DNA of 64,000 bases, from assembly GCA_030704615.1 (NCBI GenBank), contig CM060734.1:52142001-52206000 (forward strand). The letters run 5' to 3'. Both the position numbers and the translations under genes were made by a program. Origin of the DNA: Takakia lepidozioides. Lineage: Eukaryota > Plantae > Bryophyta. This document shows positions 1 through 13,158 of the stretch, in pieces. The notes under the pieces were generated by a model. The model had not been told where the DNA came from, did not search any database, and was given only the letters and a program-made list of their open reading frames with translations. The number at the start of each line of letters is the position of its first letter. Positions within the stretch are counted from its first letter, which is position 1.

Positions 1-560
1 AAATGGAAGAACATGAGAGAGGAACAAAACCAGAAACCACAATTAATGTTCTAGCGATTGTCTAAGGGTGAAGGCCTCGTGCAGGTAGGTTGCCAAGCAT
101 TTTTTATCCTCATAGTGGAAGACATCAGTGAGAGTTTGGGTTCCACTGAATAAACAGTGAAACGAAGAAACGAAGAAAGTAGTAAACTGGACTTGAAAAA
201 ACCTACTCCCCTCTTAAGTCAATCTTCTCTGCCCCCAGGGAGGTAATGAGACATCTTTCCCTCATGCTTTCTTACGTCCTTTAGGCTTTCTTGTTGTTAT
301 ACCCACCCATGGGCCCTCACAGCCTTGCGTGGACATTATGAAGTTTCTTTTGGCTGTGGTTTTGTCTCTTCTTTCTTGTTTTTCCGTTTTGTCCCGCAAG
401 CTCTTTGAGCTTTTCGCCAGATTGTAAAGTTACCATTTCATTTCATTTCTCTTTTCCCTTCATTTCTCTTCAGTTCTCTACTGCCTTTAGACTGTTTTTG
501 TCCCAAAAGCTCATTGGGCTTTTCATAGCCCCTAAAAAGTTCCTCTATATCTTTCACACC
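1..560. repeat. Dispersed repeat remnant (possible LINE 3' tail); inverted partial copy in the AUX1/LAX-like intron at ~3150-3340
   Basis: 1-76 (..ctagcgattgtctaagggtgaaggcc) is the reverse complement of ~3190-3275 (ggccttcacccttagacaatcgctagaacatta..). The block taaagt(t)ccatttcatttcatttctct occurs at ~425, ~3155 and ~3310. Confidence 0.55.
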
Positions 561-1091
561 CCTCCCAAAAGCAGAATCGCATAAAAAAGGAAAATCACTC
601 ATGTTGATTTTAGTTCCAACTATCAGACTTGATGAAGCTTAGAATGCAAGTATTGAAATGGTCTCAAACCAACATTCTCAAGCCACAGCAATACTACAGG
701 CTTTTGCGATTTGCCTTTCAAGCCTGGATCCCAAGTTGGTATGCGAGTGAAGGCTTCCATCAACATTTTTCATGACTATTTTAGGCCTTGGTGAGCAATT
801 CAGACATAGAAGATAAGATGAGGAAACATAAATGGACTGTCTTTCCACATAGCACTACGGTAATGCCTTGTGTTTATGACCAAGGTTGTAGATGGTGCCA
901 CAATATTTAAAAGACAGTCAAGCTGTCAAGAAGACCACTTGCATAATAGCAAATGCATTTTGCATCAGTGTGCAGAAACCAAGCTACTTAGCTCTCAGAG
1001 AAATACTAAACATGGAATGAACTGTATCCCATGCATGATGATTTTGAATTCAGTGGCACTTTACAATGGCACTGCAACCGCCAGATTTTGC

Positions 1092-4000
1092 TTAGTGATG
1101 CTGCGGGCATTGGAAGCATTTATCAAAGAATCCGAATGTGTGAACCTGTCTAAAGAAGTTGGTGATGCTGGCCCACCCACCCAAACCCAACCCCACAACC
1201 AGAATCCATAAAATTATGAGCCCATTGAAGAGGAACATGAGTATCCAACTGGGCATGAAGGGTGGCAGTGCCAGTGCTGATTTCTGCACATCACAAACAA
1301 CACACCAGTCTTCAAGAGGTTTTCCAATTAAGGTTCATCTGAGATCTTGGTCCTTTTCTCTTTAACCCAGAAAAGAGGGAGGGAGGGAGAGAGAGAGGTA
1401 GAGACCTGGCGGGCATCATCCGTACGGTAAGTCCAAACGAATGCAGCGGGGGGGATGATGTAGACACCGATGGTCACCAGGAACGCTCCCATGAGCGAGT
1501 TGATGGGACCGAAGAAGGGAATGGCCAGAGCCACAAACCACAGGATGAGGACCACAGGGATGCGAACTAAGACGCGGAATATGAACTTCCCCGTGTGAAC
1601 CTTGGCAGCCTTCTCACATACAAGGAACACTGGGTGCACAAAAAGGATGAATGCCATACTCTGCACTTACAACCCACTGCAGGGCATCAGTTAATGTACA
1701 GACCATCTTCAACTGAATTAGATTTTGCTCAATCCATGCAGAAATTAAATGGTGCTTTATAACATCCACAGAGAAAGCTCACCAATTAGACGTCAGCAAA
1801 TGCGGAGCACAAGGTGGGGATCTCATGATGGACCAACATAGATGCAATCTATAGTTCACCCATCATGTGATTTGACAATGGAACTTACAAGCAGGATCCT
1901 TCCATGTTAAACTTACCTGGTGCACAACCATAGCCACAACAGCCATGGTCCGCCAACCCGTGGCTGGAAGGACTGCAAAAGCATTTGATCGTGTAAGAAG
2001 AATGTCACCAAAAGCCCAATACGTTGAAATGGAGCTCGGTATGGTCAATAGGAATGTGTAGCAAACAACTACCACATATACGAATTTGAACTTGGAGGGT
2101 TTCTTCATCGCCTCCATTATCTCTCTGCCCAGAGGCACAACAGCCCCGGTCACCAAATTATGAAGTGACATTACCTTACACAATTTGAACCTGCCGCATA
2201 GGAGGCAGCTAGAATGTGGTCCAAGAGACAAAGAAATGTTTGTCTCACACAGTCTTTCATAGAATCAGATGGACTGCAGCACAATCTTCGACGTCATGAA
2301 CTGGGAAGTTTCATAGAAAGATTCTTCATCACTGGAGAGGTTGTATTCCATGGGGTGGCTGGCTGCACAGACCATGGTATCTATGTAGTGGCAAAAAGCA
2401 TTACACTGGAAATCTAACAATAGATGACTTAACCTTAGGAGGCAAAATTCGCATGCCAAGGGCAGATTAACTCACACAGTGATACCATGCCCGCCAAATG
2501 CGAAGAGAATATTTGTTGCACCGGTAAAAACATCCACCAGGTTGTTTGCACCAGTGTGTTTCACCCCCTTTGCCTGTCTTCAAAGAAATGGACAACGTCT
2601 TAGCAGGTGTAGTTCTAAAGGCAGCTTGGGCTGTAGGGCTTCCAAAACTTTACTCTATTTGCGCAGGGGATTGTATCTTCATATACTGACAATGTGGAAT
2701 AGTGAGAACACTATCACAAAACAAAACTTACAGCACAAACAAGATAAAATGCGGCAAAAGGTAAGACATAACAGTATGCACCTGGCCATGGGAGAGAGAT
2801 GCAACTGTCAAGTAGACTGCTGTAATGGTGGTTGTGCCCAGGCCCAAAACAGCACCCACCCGGAAATGACGAAAACTGGGTACAAGCACACTCCAAATGG
2901 CTATGCCGCCCACGACATATTGCCACTCCCGTTTGTTCAACTTCGAGTTGGCATAGTACAGATCACTGCAATCGTTGAGACATTTATTTCACTCCTTGAG
3001 TGTTGGTGGTTGATTTTGTAGTTGGGTTTCAGTCGAATTTTCAGATCCATTCTTCAAAGTAAGTTCGTCATCATCTCCTCGTTTTTTTCTTTCCTCCTAT
3101 TTTCTAGGAAAGGAATGCTCTCTCTCTCCCTCTCCCTCTCTCTTCTGCGGACGTTATAAAGTTCCATTTCATTTCATTTCTCTCGTCAATGGCCTTCACC
3201 CTTAGACAATCGCTAGAACATTAGTTCTTATTCTTGGGTTCTGGATTTGTTCCTCTCTCATGTTTTCTTCCATTTTGTCCCATAAGCTCTATGAGCTTTC
3301 CGCGGACGTTATAAAGCACCATTTCATTTCATTTCTCTCGTCAATGGCCACAAGGCTACGGCAAACAACGTCTTATGAGTACATTCTTTCTCTCTTCAAT
3401 GGCCACAAGGCTAAGCAAACAATGTCATATGAGTAAATCCTCTCGTCTCACACCCACGATATGCAACAATTTTGTCACCATTCTTAACAGCATCAATAAG
3501 ACTCAGGAAGTAAAAATATGGCTTACCTGGCACATGCAATGAGTTGGATGACAGAGGCAAGGGCCAAGGAGACAATGATGAAGAAATATGTAAGATACCC
3601 ACCCCATTTGCCCACCAGCCCATGGATAACCTCATGGTACTGCACACACACATAATCACTTCTAGTCAAACGGAAACAAAGATGAATAGAGAATCAACTC
3701 AACTCATAAAAGGCTTCACAACCATCTAGATCTTGAACCTTCAGGTTATGATGTGATGATCACAAATCCTCTTGAGTTCACCTGGATAGACAGGGGTGCT
3801 GCTGTAGATTACCCACAAAAAGGGATAAATAATCTGTTTCACCAAGTTTTTATCTTTGAGTTGATCTCTTCAATCACAGCAATTGGTTTGACTTTGCAAT
3901 TGATTTCCCTGAAACCACATTCAGCTTTGAGCATAACGACAGGCAGAAATAGTCTATTTGATGCTCATGGAAAGGGCTATCCTCCGTGTCTCACCAAGAA

Positions 4001-5763
4001 ATTGAGAGATATTGCAAAGGGTAGTTCACCCAAGCCCAAGAACTACAAGATTTCTCAGGCTACAGCGTTTCGGATTAATAAGATCTTGAAATGCTGTTTA
4101 TTGGATTTTGATGCTATGAATATGGGTAGAAATATTCCTTCATCGCCTACTCACGCTCCTTATCAAACAGAGACATCAAGCTTTTTACTGCTGTAGCCCA
4201 ATTCATTTCTATATTTCTTAGATTCACACAGGCCAAAGACAATCAGATTGCATGGCGTGGTCCATTCAATGGAACAGGGACTTGTGTAGCAAGAAGTTGG
4301 GTGCATCCAAGGAGACTGAATTGGGTGACATAGTCACATCATATCAGTGGAGGCGCCTTATGTGCGGTAGAATCTTCTAGTGTAGTAGTGTCGAAGAAAA
4401 TCAGGATATTTTCTATCTCAGGAAGTTGTCGCGGAGTTATCTCAATCTGCAAATTGTGCTGCATGTTAATGAAATTTTGTTCTGCTATCATAGTTTGTCC
4501 ATGGAGGCTGTACCTTCCAGAGAACATGTATTGCAGAGGCTGATCTCTACCTGCCAAGGAGTCAAAACTTCAACTTCAGATTACAACGTCATAATAAGAC
4601 CTGGAGAAGGTGGTAATAGACCAGTACCTGGAGAACATGTCCCTCGGGGTGGACCTTGCCTGCATTCTTTGCACGCTCTTTGAACTCAAAGTAGAGCCAT
4701 GTCAATAGATATACGGACCAGCAACCCAAAAAACTGTAGAGGACTAGGAGGACAACGCCATAGGCAACTCCCAGTTGAGAAAAGGAATAAGGGAATGTCA
4801 AAATCACTTGACCCACCTGACAAAAGTCAAGAGATTATCCCTTATGAGGAGGGAAGGGATCGACAAATATTGCAGAGAAGCAATCAGCAACAAAATTGAT
4901 CACATTCTGCCAGGTTGGAGAGGATTGAGGACTTCCCCGAACTTGTTTCCAGCTTGTGACATGGATGAGGACCTTAAGGATAATCTGAAGGGCCTATCTA
5001 CCCTCGGCACTAGACTGACATTAAACTCAGGGTGGGGAGTCTACCTTTGAACAATAAGCAGATGCGGGGAGGAAAGGAGATCGTTAATGCCCAATATTCC
5101 GGCGACCTGAAGACAATATCCATTTTCTGATACTATGTCCGGGTATTCTCTTCAGGACCCATCATAGTCCCTGCACCTCTGTTCACCAGCTTTCAAAATC
5201 TCTAGGCTGAGTAAAGCCCTGGCCCTGTTGGGGTCTAATTGCTGGGCATCTCACACACGGCAGATTGATGCTTGTGTGAAGGGCTTTCTAGAGGAAATCT
5301 GGAAAGCCCAAACCCATTAGACCAAGGTAAGTCCCGCTACTGGAGTGAGCCCCTCACAAAGGTATTGTCTGTTCCCTTTTGTTCCGCCCAAACTGAAGGA
5401 TTCTACTTCAGGCTTTGTGGCTACACACCCGGCATGACTTGGAGGGAAAGAAGAAAATTCAATATTGTCTACGATTTACCGGTTATGCCTCTATGTTTAC
5501 CTGACCCAAACCCAGCTTGGCTTTACACTAAATAGGCAGGGGGGAAGATAAAGAAAAAGGAAGACTTGATAGTGGAAGGGTACCTGAGCAGCGGCAGCAA
5601 TAAGCCAGGAATCGAATACAGATGCACTCGTCCAAATCGACGTAGCTTTGATGCGTGGCAACCTCCATCCTTGGGCATTCCCCGTCTTACCACCATTTCT
5701 CTGTATGGACAAGCCACCATTGCCTACTGGCTGTTCGATAGACTCCATGTCAGCACCCACCAT
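1092..5763 (-). CDS. AUX1/LAX-like auxin influx carrier / amino-acid permease, 8 coding exons (5763-5584, 4816-4628, 3639-3527, 2965-2782, 2573-2476, 2124-1917, 1660-1406, 1283-1092)
   Basis: GT-AG bounded exons join in frame. Family motifs: QVGQVILTFPYSFSQLG, IQLIACASDLYY, NKREW, FTGATNILFAFGGHGITVEIMEAMKKPSKFK, YWAFGD, IPFFGPINS and the C-terminal NFFRQVHTFGFFDKCFQC. Confidence 0.9.
4983..5353 (+). repeat. LINE ORF2 C-terminal remnant in intron 1; further copies at ~50583-50840 (-) and ~55515-55630 (-)
   Basis: Three mutually alignable copies share gggctttctagaggaaatctggaaagccc...ccaaggtaagtc.c.ctactggagtga. The translation GFLE(E/N)IWKA(Q/R)T resembles the IWKxRN motif of plant L1 C-termini. 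Confidence 0.55.
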
Positions 5764-7536
5764 CTCTCCCTCTCTCTATATTTTTTATGAACTCAGATTC
5801 ACCTGCAGAAGCAGCTCATCCAACGAAACTTCTTTGACATGATCTGCAACGTGAGCTGCTGTGGGGGATGGTTCACCAAACAAGCCATTGCAGGACCAAT
5901 TAAAGCAACTCAGCATTTCAGTGTCTGCACACCGTCTGAATCTCCCCACGAAACAACCTGTTCAACATGGGCTGAGAAATCTGAGAAATCTGCTGCGCAT
6001 TCCGACATGTCTGTGGCATCTGACAAGTGCAAGCAAAACAAATCTAGTGCGTTGCTAATTCTTTAAATATAACGGGCGGTTCGGGCAGCTTTTGAAAGAA
6101 CTATATTTTAACTGTTCCTTCTGGGATAAGGCCACCATGACAGTCTTTTTTTCTTTTTTTTGGCAAAACAGGGGATACATGTATTCACTTCATGATCTTT
6201 CTAAAATCACAACTGATATGTGCAGAAAATTTTCTAAGTACCGGATGCTCCTTCCTCTTCCGATTGTGATAGTATTGGGTGTATAGTTCATAGAAAGATT
6301 TGTCCTTGCTGAGAAGAAAGGATCAACCTTAGAGGAATGTCGGAATCCGATCCACATTAAAAGGAACACACATTCATTATATTCACTCTGAACATGTAAC
6401 TTAGCACACAAAGAATACCGACACCAGTCTCTCTACAGTCTCTATATAACCCATTTTACAACATGGCTGCACATCATGAATTTTCTAATCCTTACCGGCC
6501 CATACTGATACCCGTCACTCCTCCGCCACTTACCGACAGGTACTTCCGCACTCCAGAGTCCACACCAAATTGTGTAAAGACCGCCATCTCTAGTCAACCA
6601 CTTGCTCTGTTGGGACTTAAATTGAATGAAATGGAGGAATTGAGTCCGGCGCCATAAATATGGCAATGTGTTCATAATCAGTGAATGTTATAATTGATTA
6701 CAAAAACAACTGCCGTGTTGCGCCAAAAACCTGTAAATCATTGCTCACGTCCAACAATGAATAGTACCAACCATAAACTATGCCTCAAGAAAAAGAGAGA
6801 GAAGAGTCCGGCCGAAGCCGGCGTAACTAAGAGCCACTTCGCCTTGCGACTACTGAAAACAGTTTATATATATATATATGATGCCAGCCCAAGCTGGGGT
6901 AAATAGGAGCCTCTTCCGAAACAGTTAAAATGTAAATCATCAGTTGATGAATCCTTAGAGAAACAATTATTCGGTTGGGCAGCAACCAACCTGCCCTACT
7001 ATTGTGACTTTACTCATCTCAGACATTCCATCCTTCATTATTAATCATTTGGACTGTGGCCCAGTGCTTTGGCATATTTGCTGACCCTGTACATTGGTCA
7101 GTGGGTCTGGGCTCCGATCCCCATTCGGTGCCTTCCGGCTGCGTCTCTCTCCCCTGTGTCATGCCATGCCTCATGGCTCAGAAAGGGGGTTATTTTCCAC
7201 CCTCAAGGTCTAGCCTTTGACTAAAAAAATTCAGTTTGGTATTCAAAAACCTCCTTGAATCTCCAAGGCCGGTAGGTCGACCAGTCGCCTTGCAAATTCT
7301 TTGCTCCATTTATCCCCTTTGACATTGTCATCGGACATGCAAGTATCCCCAGCTGTGGGTATGATCAATTGATCTTCGAAGTAGAAGGTTAAAATTTTCT
7401 TCAGCATCCAAATGATAAGCCGCAAGTGGTTGTGCGTTGAAAGGAGTGTTTAGATGGACAATCACTGAGTATCATCAGTAAAGCCTTTATGGCCTTTGTT
7501 TTGTTTTTTTCTTGAAAAAGAAAGGGGACTGCACAT

Positions 7537-7597
7537 GGGCTGGTAGCTCAGCTCGCAAGTGCATAGTGTATCGCCCTGGTGGTTCGGGGTTCAAACC
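7537..7597 (+). repeat. tRNA-derived SINE-like head (Pol III A and B boxes)
   Basis: gggctggTAGCTCAGCTCG (A box) followed by GGTTCAAACC (B box) at tRNA-like spacing; no complete cloverleaf. Confidence 0.45.
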
Positions 7598-7896
7598 AGT
7601 GTTGGGAGGTTATTATCTTTTGTAAGACCCGCTAGTTCCGGGTATTGGCGGTGTGAGGTTGTGGACATACCCGCCGGAGATCAATACTAGATTTATTTAG
7701 GATTTTACATACCCGGGGGTTATCAATCAAGCCCATTATCAAATTATTAGACAGCATATCAATAACAATCAAACATGGATGATAACCTACTCTTACCAAC
7801 CCGGGACCGGGGTTTAAGAGAAATTCTTCGACCATTTTTTAAGAGCACCCTGTCCATGTAAAATTCATCCAAACTTATCAATATATAAAGCGAGAT

Positions 7897-7956
7897 GTTT
7901 GTTTGTTTGTTTGTTTGTTTGTTTTGATTTGTTTTGTTTTGTTTTGTTTTGTTTTG
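7897..7956. repeat. (GTTT)n/(GTTTT)n microsatellite
   Basis: Seen directly. Confidence 0.9.
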
Positions 7957-7959
7957 TAG

Positions 7960-8125
7960 CATCGGTGAGATCTCCCAAACCGCGGGTGCCGTTGGAAAGC
8001 CCTCGACGAGGAGGGGTGCAACGGCTTGGTCTCATGATTTTTGGACATGCGATGTAGGAGATGTGGAATTTCAAGTACTTTTGGTTGGTCTTTGGAAATT
8101 CGCGAAAAATAGCAAAGTGGGCTTT
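7960..8125. repeat. Degenerate tandem-unit repeat, left part (interrupted by E1)
   Basis: The unit ggaatttcaagtactttt.g.tcg.tggaaattcgcgaaaaatagcaaagtggg continues after E1 at 19822. Confidence 0.75.
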
Positions 8126-8664
8126 TGTCATGGTTTTGTTTGTGATTAGTTAGAAATAGTTATTTCTAGCTAATTAGGACATTATACATTTATATTTGTA
8201 TTTTGTTGGCATTGGGACTTCATTTGGTTCCATGTGCCAAGTGAGGTGACGAACCTCACTTGGGACGTGGGGAGGTTATCTCCACGTGAGACGTAGGCAG
8301 GCTCGTCTTCTTCTAGTGATACGGAAATGGTGAAAAGAGGAGAAACCACTCTATCACGTTATATAAGTCAAGCCAATGGCACCTTTGTTAAAGGACTCCA
8401 CTATACAGACCTCACCCACTCTCCATCTCAAGAACTAGAGCTATGGCGGCGAGAGAGGCCTCGGAAGGCTCGACTAGAAGAAGACGAGCATGCCTACGTC
8501 TCACGTGGAGATAACCTCCCCACGTCCCAAGTGAGGTTCGTCACCTCACTTGGCACATGGAACCAAATGAAGTCCCAATGCCAACAAAATACAAATATAA
8601 ATGTATAATGTCCTAATTAGCTAGAAATAACTATTTCTAACTAATCACAAACAAAACCATGACA
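8126..8664. repeat. 192-bp near-perfect inverted repeat (8126-8317 / 8473-8664) formed by two opposed copies of E1 repeat A
   Basis: The arms are reverse complements; I saw one mismatch. Confidence 0.92.
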
Positions 8665-9029
8665 GCTGTCGAGCACCTAAACATCATGCCACAACATACA
8701 TCGCTGTCCAACCACACTTCCTAGCATATAGTCCTAGAAAGCCACGCCACAATCGCCCCCCTAGCTGGTGATTAGGTCCCTCTAACAGCGGATAGCTTGT
8801 AAGTATCCACCCCAATAAGATCATCGCTTGGTCTTCAATCGCACAAGTCCCAACACCTGAAGTCAATAGATCAAGAGGCCGGGTGCAAACGTAGCCCCAT
8901 CGTTAGTCGCCTTCATGCAATCCATGATCTTCAGTTGAGTATCTATGGCATTGAAGCCCCACTAACTAGACCTTGGATCACTTGTCCGCCTCAGCATTGT
9001 CATGCCTACTACCTCTGTCCAAGACATCG

Positions 9030-9805
9030 TGGACACAACCATTCTCCGATAAGAACTTCCTCAAGTGGTGGTGTCAAGCATCCCATGTGTCACCCCCTTG
9101 AGCATTTGTCACACCCCAACATGGTTGCGGCGCCACCAGCATGCCCACATAGCATGCAACGCAACCCTGCAGGTACCACTGCAAGGTTGGGATCATCCTC
9201 ACATCCACATGTGGAAGGTGACATGGCGCACAATTGCGCACATGGTCCTTCCATACCATGTCATCTCGACCCTCCAGAATCAACACTCCTGAAGGCAACA
9301 CCTCCCTGACCCTTAGAATCACACGTCTTGTTGTAACATCTAAGGTCGTAGGCGCTGTCTGCTGCAAATACATATAGTCCCTAGGTTGGAAACACCGAAC
9401 ACTTGGCTGATATCCTCCTCCACGTATAGTGGCGTACCTCAATGTGTCTCGGTGTTGGGCAATAACAAGGTTCTCAAAAGCCATAGGCATGACTCTCTTG
9501 AACAACTCTGCCCGCTGGGCACATGCTTGTGTCCACACATCCGGATCATCAAGGTTGAGAACTACTGCAGCCTCCCTACGAATAGATGCAGGCAAATCCG
9601 GCTTTCGGCCGAAGAGAAGAAAGTAAGGTGAGAAGGAGGCAAGTGAAGCTTGTTTGCTGAACCTATAGCCCATAGCTAGCCAAGGCAGCTGAAGGTCCCA
9701 ATCTCCTAGGTGTCCCTTCTGCAAACCGTACTTACGCAAACCTCTCTTGACTGTCTGAACAACTCTCTCCGCCAAGCCATCAGCCTCGGGATGATCCCGA
9801 GAAGT
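9030..9805 (-). pseudogene. E1 integrase C-terminal half plus frameshifted PHD finger
   Basis: PEADGLAERVVQTVK, WDLQLPWLAMGYR, SPYFLLFGR, FQPRDYMYL; the CMLC..CDKC..WHMGCL..WLC remnant aligns with E3 34756-35280. Confidence 0.85.
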
Positions 9806-11641
9806 AAGCTCAAGGTTGATGGTTCCATTGATAGGTACAAAGTGAGACTTGTCGCCAAAGGATATTCACAGTTACTAGGTAATGACTATGACGAGACATT
9901 TTCACCTGTTGTAAAGTTTGATTCAATTCAAACCATCCTGGCCATGGCGGCAACCTACGACACGGAGATGATTCAGTTTGACATAAAGACAACGTTTCTA
10001 ATGGTGATCTCAACGAAGAAATCTTTATGGATTAGCCAGAAGGTTATGTCGTAGAAGGTTCTACGAATTTGGTGTGTTTGTTGAAGAAGAGTCTCTATGG
10101 TTTGAAACAAGCCGGGAGACAGTGGAATGAAAATTTTGATGGTTTCTTGATCAAATATGGACTCACTGTGAGTGAAGCTGATCCGTGTATTTACTACAGC
10201 TGTGACAAGGTGGAGTCGATTACAGGCATTTTTGTAGACGACAAGATCTCATGCAGTGTGAATTCTGCTAAGCTCTAGGACATGATTAATTACCTCAGTT
10301 GGTATTTTAAAATTACAACAAGAGCAGCTGACTATTACGTGGGATTGCACATTTTCAAAAACAAAACCGCACGGTTGATTTTTGTCAACCAGGAGCGATA
10401 CATTGCTCACATTATTTGTCGGTTTGGTTTGCAAGATGCAAACACTGCATCGACACCAGCAAACTCACACTCTCATTTGAGTATGGAACAAGATGGAGAC
10501 GGTGAAGCCTTCGGAGAACCTTACAAAGAGGCTGTAGGTTGCTTAATGTTTGCAATGATCGCAACTAGATATGATATCGCCTATGCTGTAAGCGTAGTTG
10601 CAAGATATTCACAAAGTCATAAGAAATCGCATTGTACTGCGGTCAAAATGATCTTCCACTATCTTAAGGAAACTAGTGACTACGGACTTTGTCACGGAGA
10701 AGTGGGTCAAAGTCATGTTCTCACAGGATTTTGCGATGCGGATTTTGCTAGTGATATGGACGATCGTAGGTCCAGGACTGGGTACGTCTTCATGCTTGGA
10801 GGTGGTGTGATTGCATGGTCTAGTCAAAGACAAGTTTGCACAGCAAGCTCCACCACCGAAGCAGAATACATGTTTGCATGTGTAGCAATGAAAGAAGCTA
10901 TCTGGCTCAGGAGACTGCTAAAGAGTATTGGCATTGAGCAGCAGGGAGCTACTACTCTTTTCAGTGATAGCCAGAGTGCTATTCGACTTGTGAAAAACCC
11001 AGAGTTTCACAAAAGAACGAAGCACATTGATGTGCAGTTCCATTTTATCCGAGAGAAGTATCAAGGGGGTGACATTGACATTCAGTTTGTGGGCACAAAA
11101 GACCAAGTGTCGACATCATGACAAAAGCTCTTCTGAAAGATAATTTTCAGTCCTTCAGATTGTCTATGGGAGTAAAGCGAAAAGAGATCATGACAGAGAA
11201 ATGATCATCCGAGAATTGTGGTTGCTGCTGATCCGTAGACTTGAGGTTTTGTATCCATGAGTGGGAGTTTTGAATGAATTACATGAATACAAAACACTTC
11301 TACATGGGGTAGGATCAATGAGCAGTATCTTAGGGTTCTTGATCTGACCACAGTTAGATCTAACTAGTGATGTTCATCCTGATGCTTCTGCAAGACGTTT
11401 GGTTCTTGAAGACGTTTCGTCTTCCACACTTCTTGGTACATCTAGTTCTTAGGGTATGCAGGTAGTCAGTGTTGTAGATCTTCAGAAGTGAGATAGATAC
11501 TCTAGTTGCAGGAGCTTCTTGGTGTTGTAGTCGATAGTGGTTTTGATCACATATGCAGATATAGATCAAGTATACATTTGATATAGCTTGAGGACAATTT
11601 ACTGATGTACTTGATGTACTAGGAAGTAAGGTTTTTCAACA
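9806..11641 (+). mobile_element. 5'-truncated Ty1/Copia: RT-RNase H, PPT and 3' LTR (~11268-11641)
   Basis: RYKVRLVAKGYSQ, LKKSLYGLKQAGRQW, GIFVDD, GFCDADFA..RSRTGY, SSTTEAEY, HKRTKHIDV. Purine tract gagtgggag at 11259-11267. LTR runs t(t)ttga...tcaaca. Confidence 0.88.
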
Positions 11642-12748
11642 AAAACAACATAAGAATGATACCGCGAAGACCCCCAATCGTTGTAAATGTTGGGATGAGT
11701 GTCCTGAAGAAACCCAGTCAGACACATCAATTTGAAAACCCGGATCCACCTAGCCAGATGGTGCATTAATTTGGCAACAACACCAAACTCCTGTCCTCCA
11801 ACCATAAGTCTATTGACATCGACAACAAGATGATACTTGTAACACCACATCGCCAAGGTGCCACAAAAAATCGATGTCATAAAGCACAAGGGATCATTAT
11901 GAGCTCCATGAACAGTCTGAAAAGACTTGTAAGCGGCCTGGTAGGACTCATAAGTACTGAACTCTCATGGAATTATCGGCCAGTTGTAGGGCAAAGACGT
12001 CAGATGTTCATTTTCACCCCATTGACCACGACGAGGACAACAACATACGCAGCTCCCTGTTATGTTACGTGGCCATTGCATGTTGATAGGTGCCGGTCGA
12101 TTACCCAACTTAGTATGGAGTCTCTTGCACAAAATTCACATTGTTGATTGGCCGTTGCCTCATTAGGTAATTTTTCATTTTTACCCTATTTTGTTCACAT
12201 TCCATCTTGGAATGACCACTAAGATTGCATATGTGGCAAAGGTTCCCCTTTGCCGGACGCATAAAATGTTATGTTTCCTGTCCTTTTGATGCATTAATGG
12301 GCTCGTGATTAATTCCGGCTGATATACCGGGTAGGTACTTTGACGGTCATGTTTGTCTTCTTGTGTGATGGCGTTCGTTATTGCAGTACATGCAATGCGG
12401 AGTGCCGAATTTGACTCCCAAACTGTCTTTATACTTACCGGCCATTTTACTGACGTTAACTCGTGTCCACCTGTCACTGCCCTTATGGACTGTGCAACCT
12501 GTGTGGGCTGTGTTGCCTGTGTTGGGCTGTAACAGGCTGTATTGGGCTGTGATATGCTGTGACAGACCGTGGTAGGCTGTGATGGCTGTGTGAACACCTG
12601 TGTTCTCTGCTATGGCCATACACATCCGGCGTTATGACCAGTGCTTCATGCTCCACTGGTCCTACTGGTGTAGTATACGACTGCATCTGTGTTTCAAGAT
12701 GCAAATCATGCTGCAATGGTCTATCATGGATACCGAGGTTTACTATTT

Positions 12749-12795
12749 CATGAGCCCATGAGCCCATGAGCCTATGAGCCTATGAGCTCATGAGC
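12749..12795. repeat. Short tandem repeat (CATGAGCC/TATGAGCC) x~6
   Basis: Seen directly. Confidence 0.85.
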
Positions 12796-13158
12796 GGGTA
12801 TCCGCGGAATTGGAATTTTTGTGTCTTTACTGACGGTATTATGTCCTCATACCTCGATAATAGGTCTCTTTCTCCTGGTCCAGGATGCTGAATGAGGTAT
12901 TTCGGCGCCGTTATTCCACGTCATGACTGAAAAACATTGTGCATGACAGGAAAGAGACACAAATTTGTAGCCCGAACAAGCCATTGTACTGACAAGGTAA
13001 CATATTTAAACCACAAGAAGACCCGGCGGGAGGGTGACTCCTTCCGACCGGAAAAGAAGTAGGATAGGCCACGCGGCGATAATGGCACATGGAAATCAAA
13101 GGGAGGGCCTTTACACGTCACAGCGGCACCCGGTGCTCCGAAAGGAAAATCAGGTGCG

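Noticed and set aside
7537-7610. Functional tRNA gene
   Set aside because: No acceptor stem or anticodon arm can be folded; only the A and B boxes remain.
8126-8664. Independent MITE or miRNA hairpin
   Set aside because: Both arms are repeat A of E1; the right arm continues into gc-B-PPT exactly as in E2 and E3.
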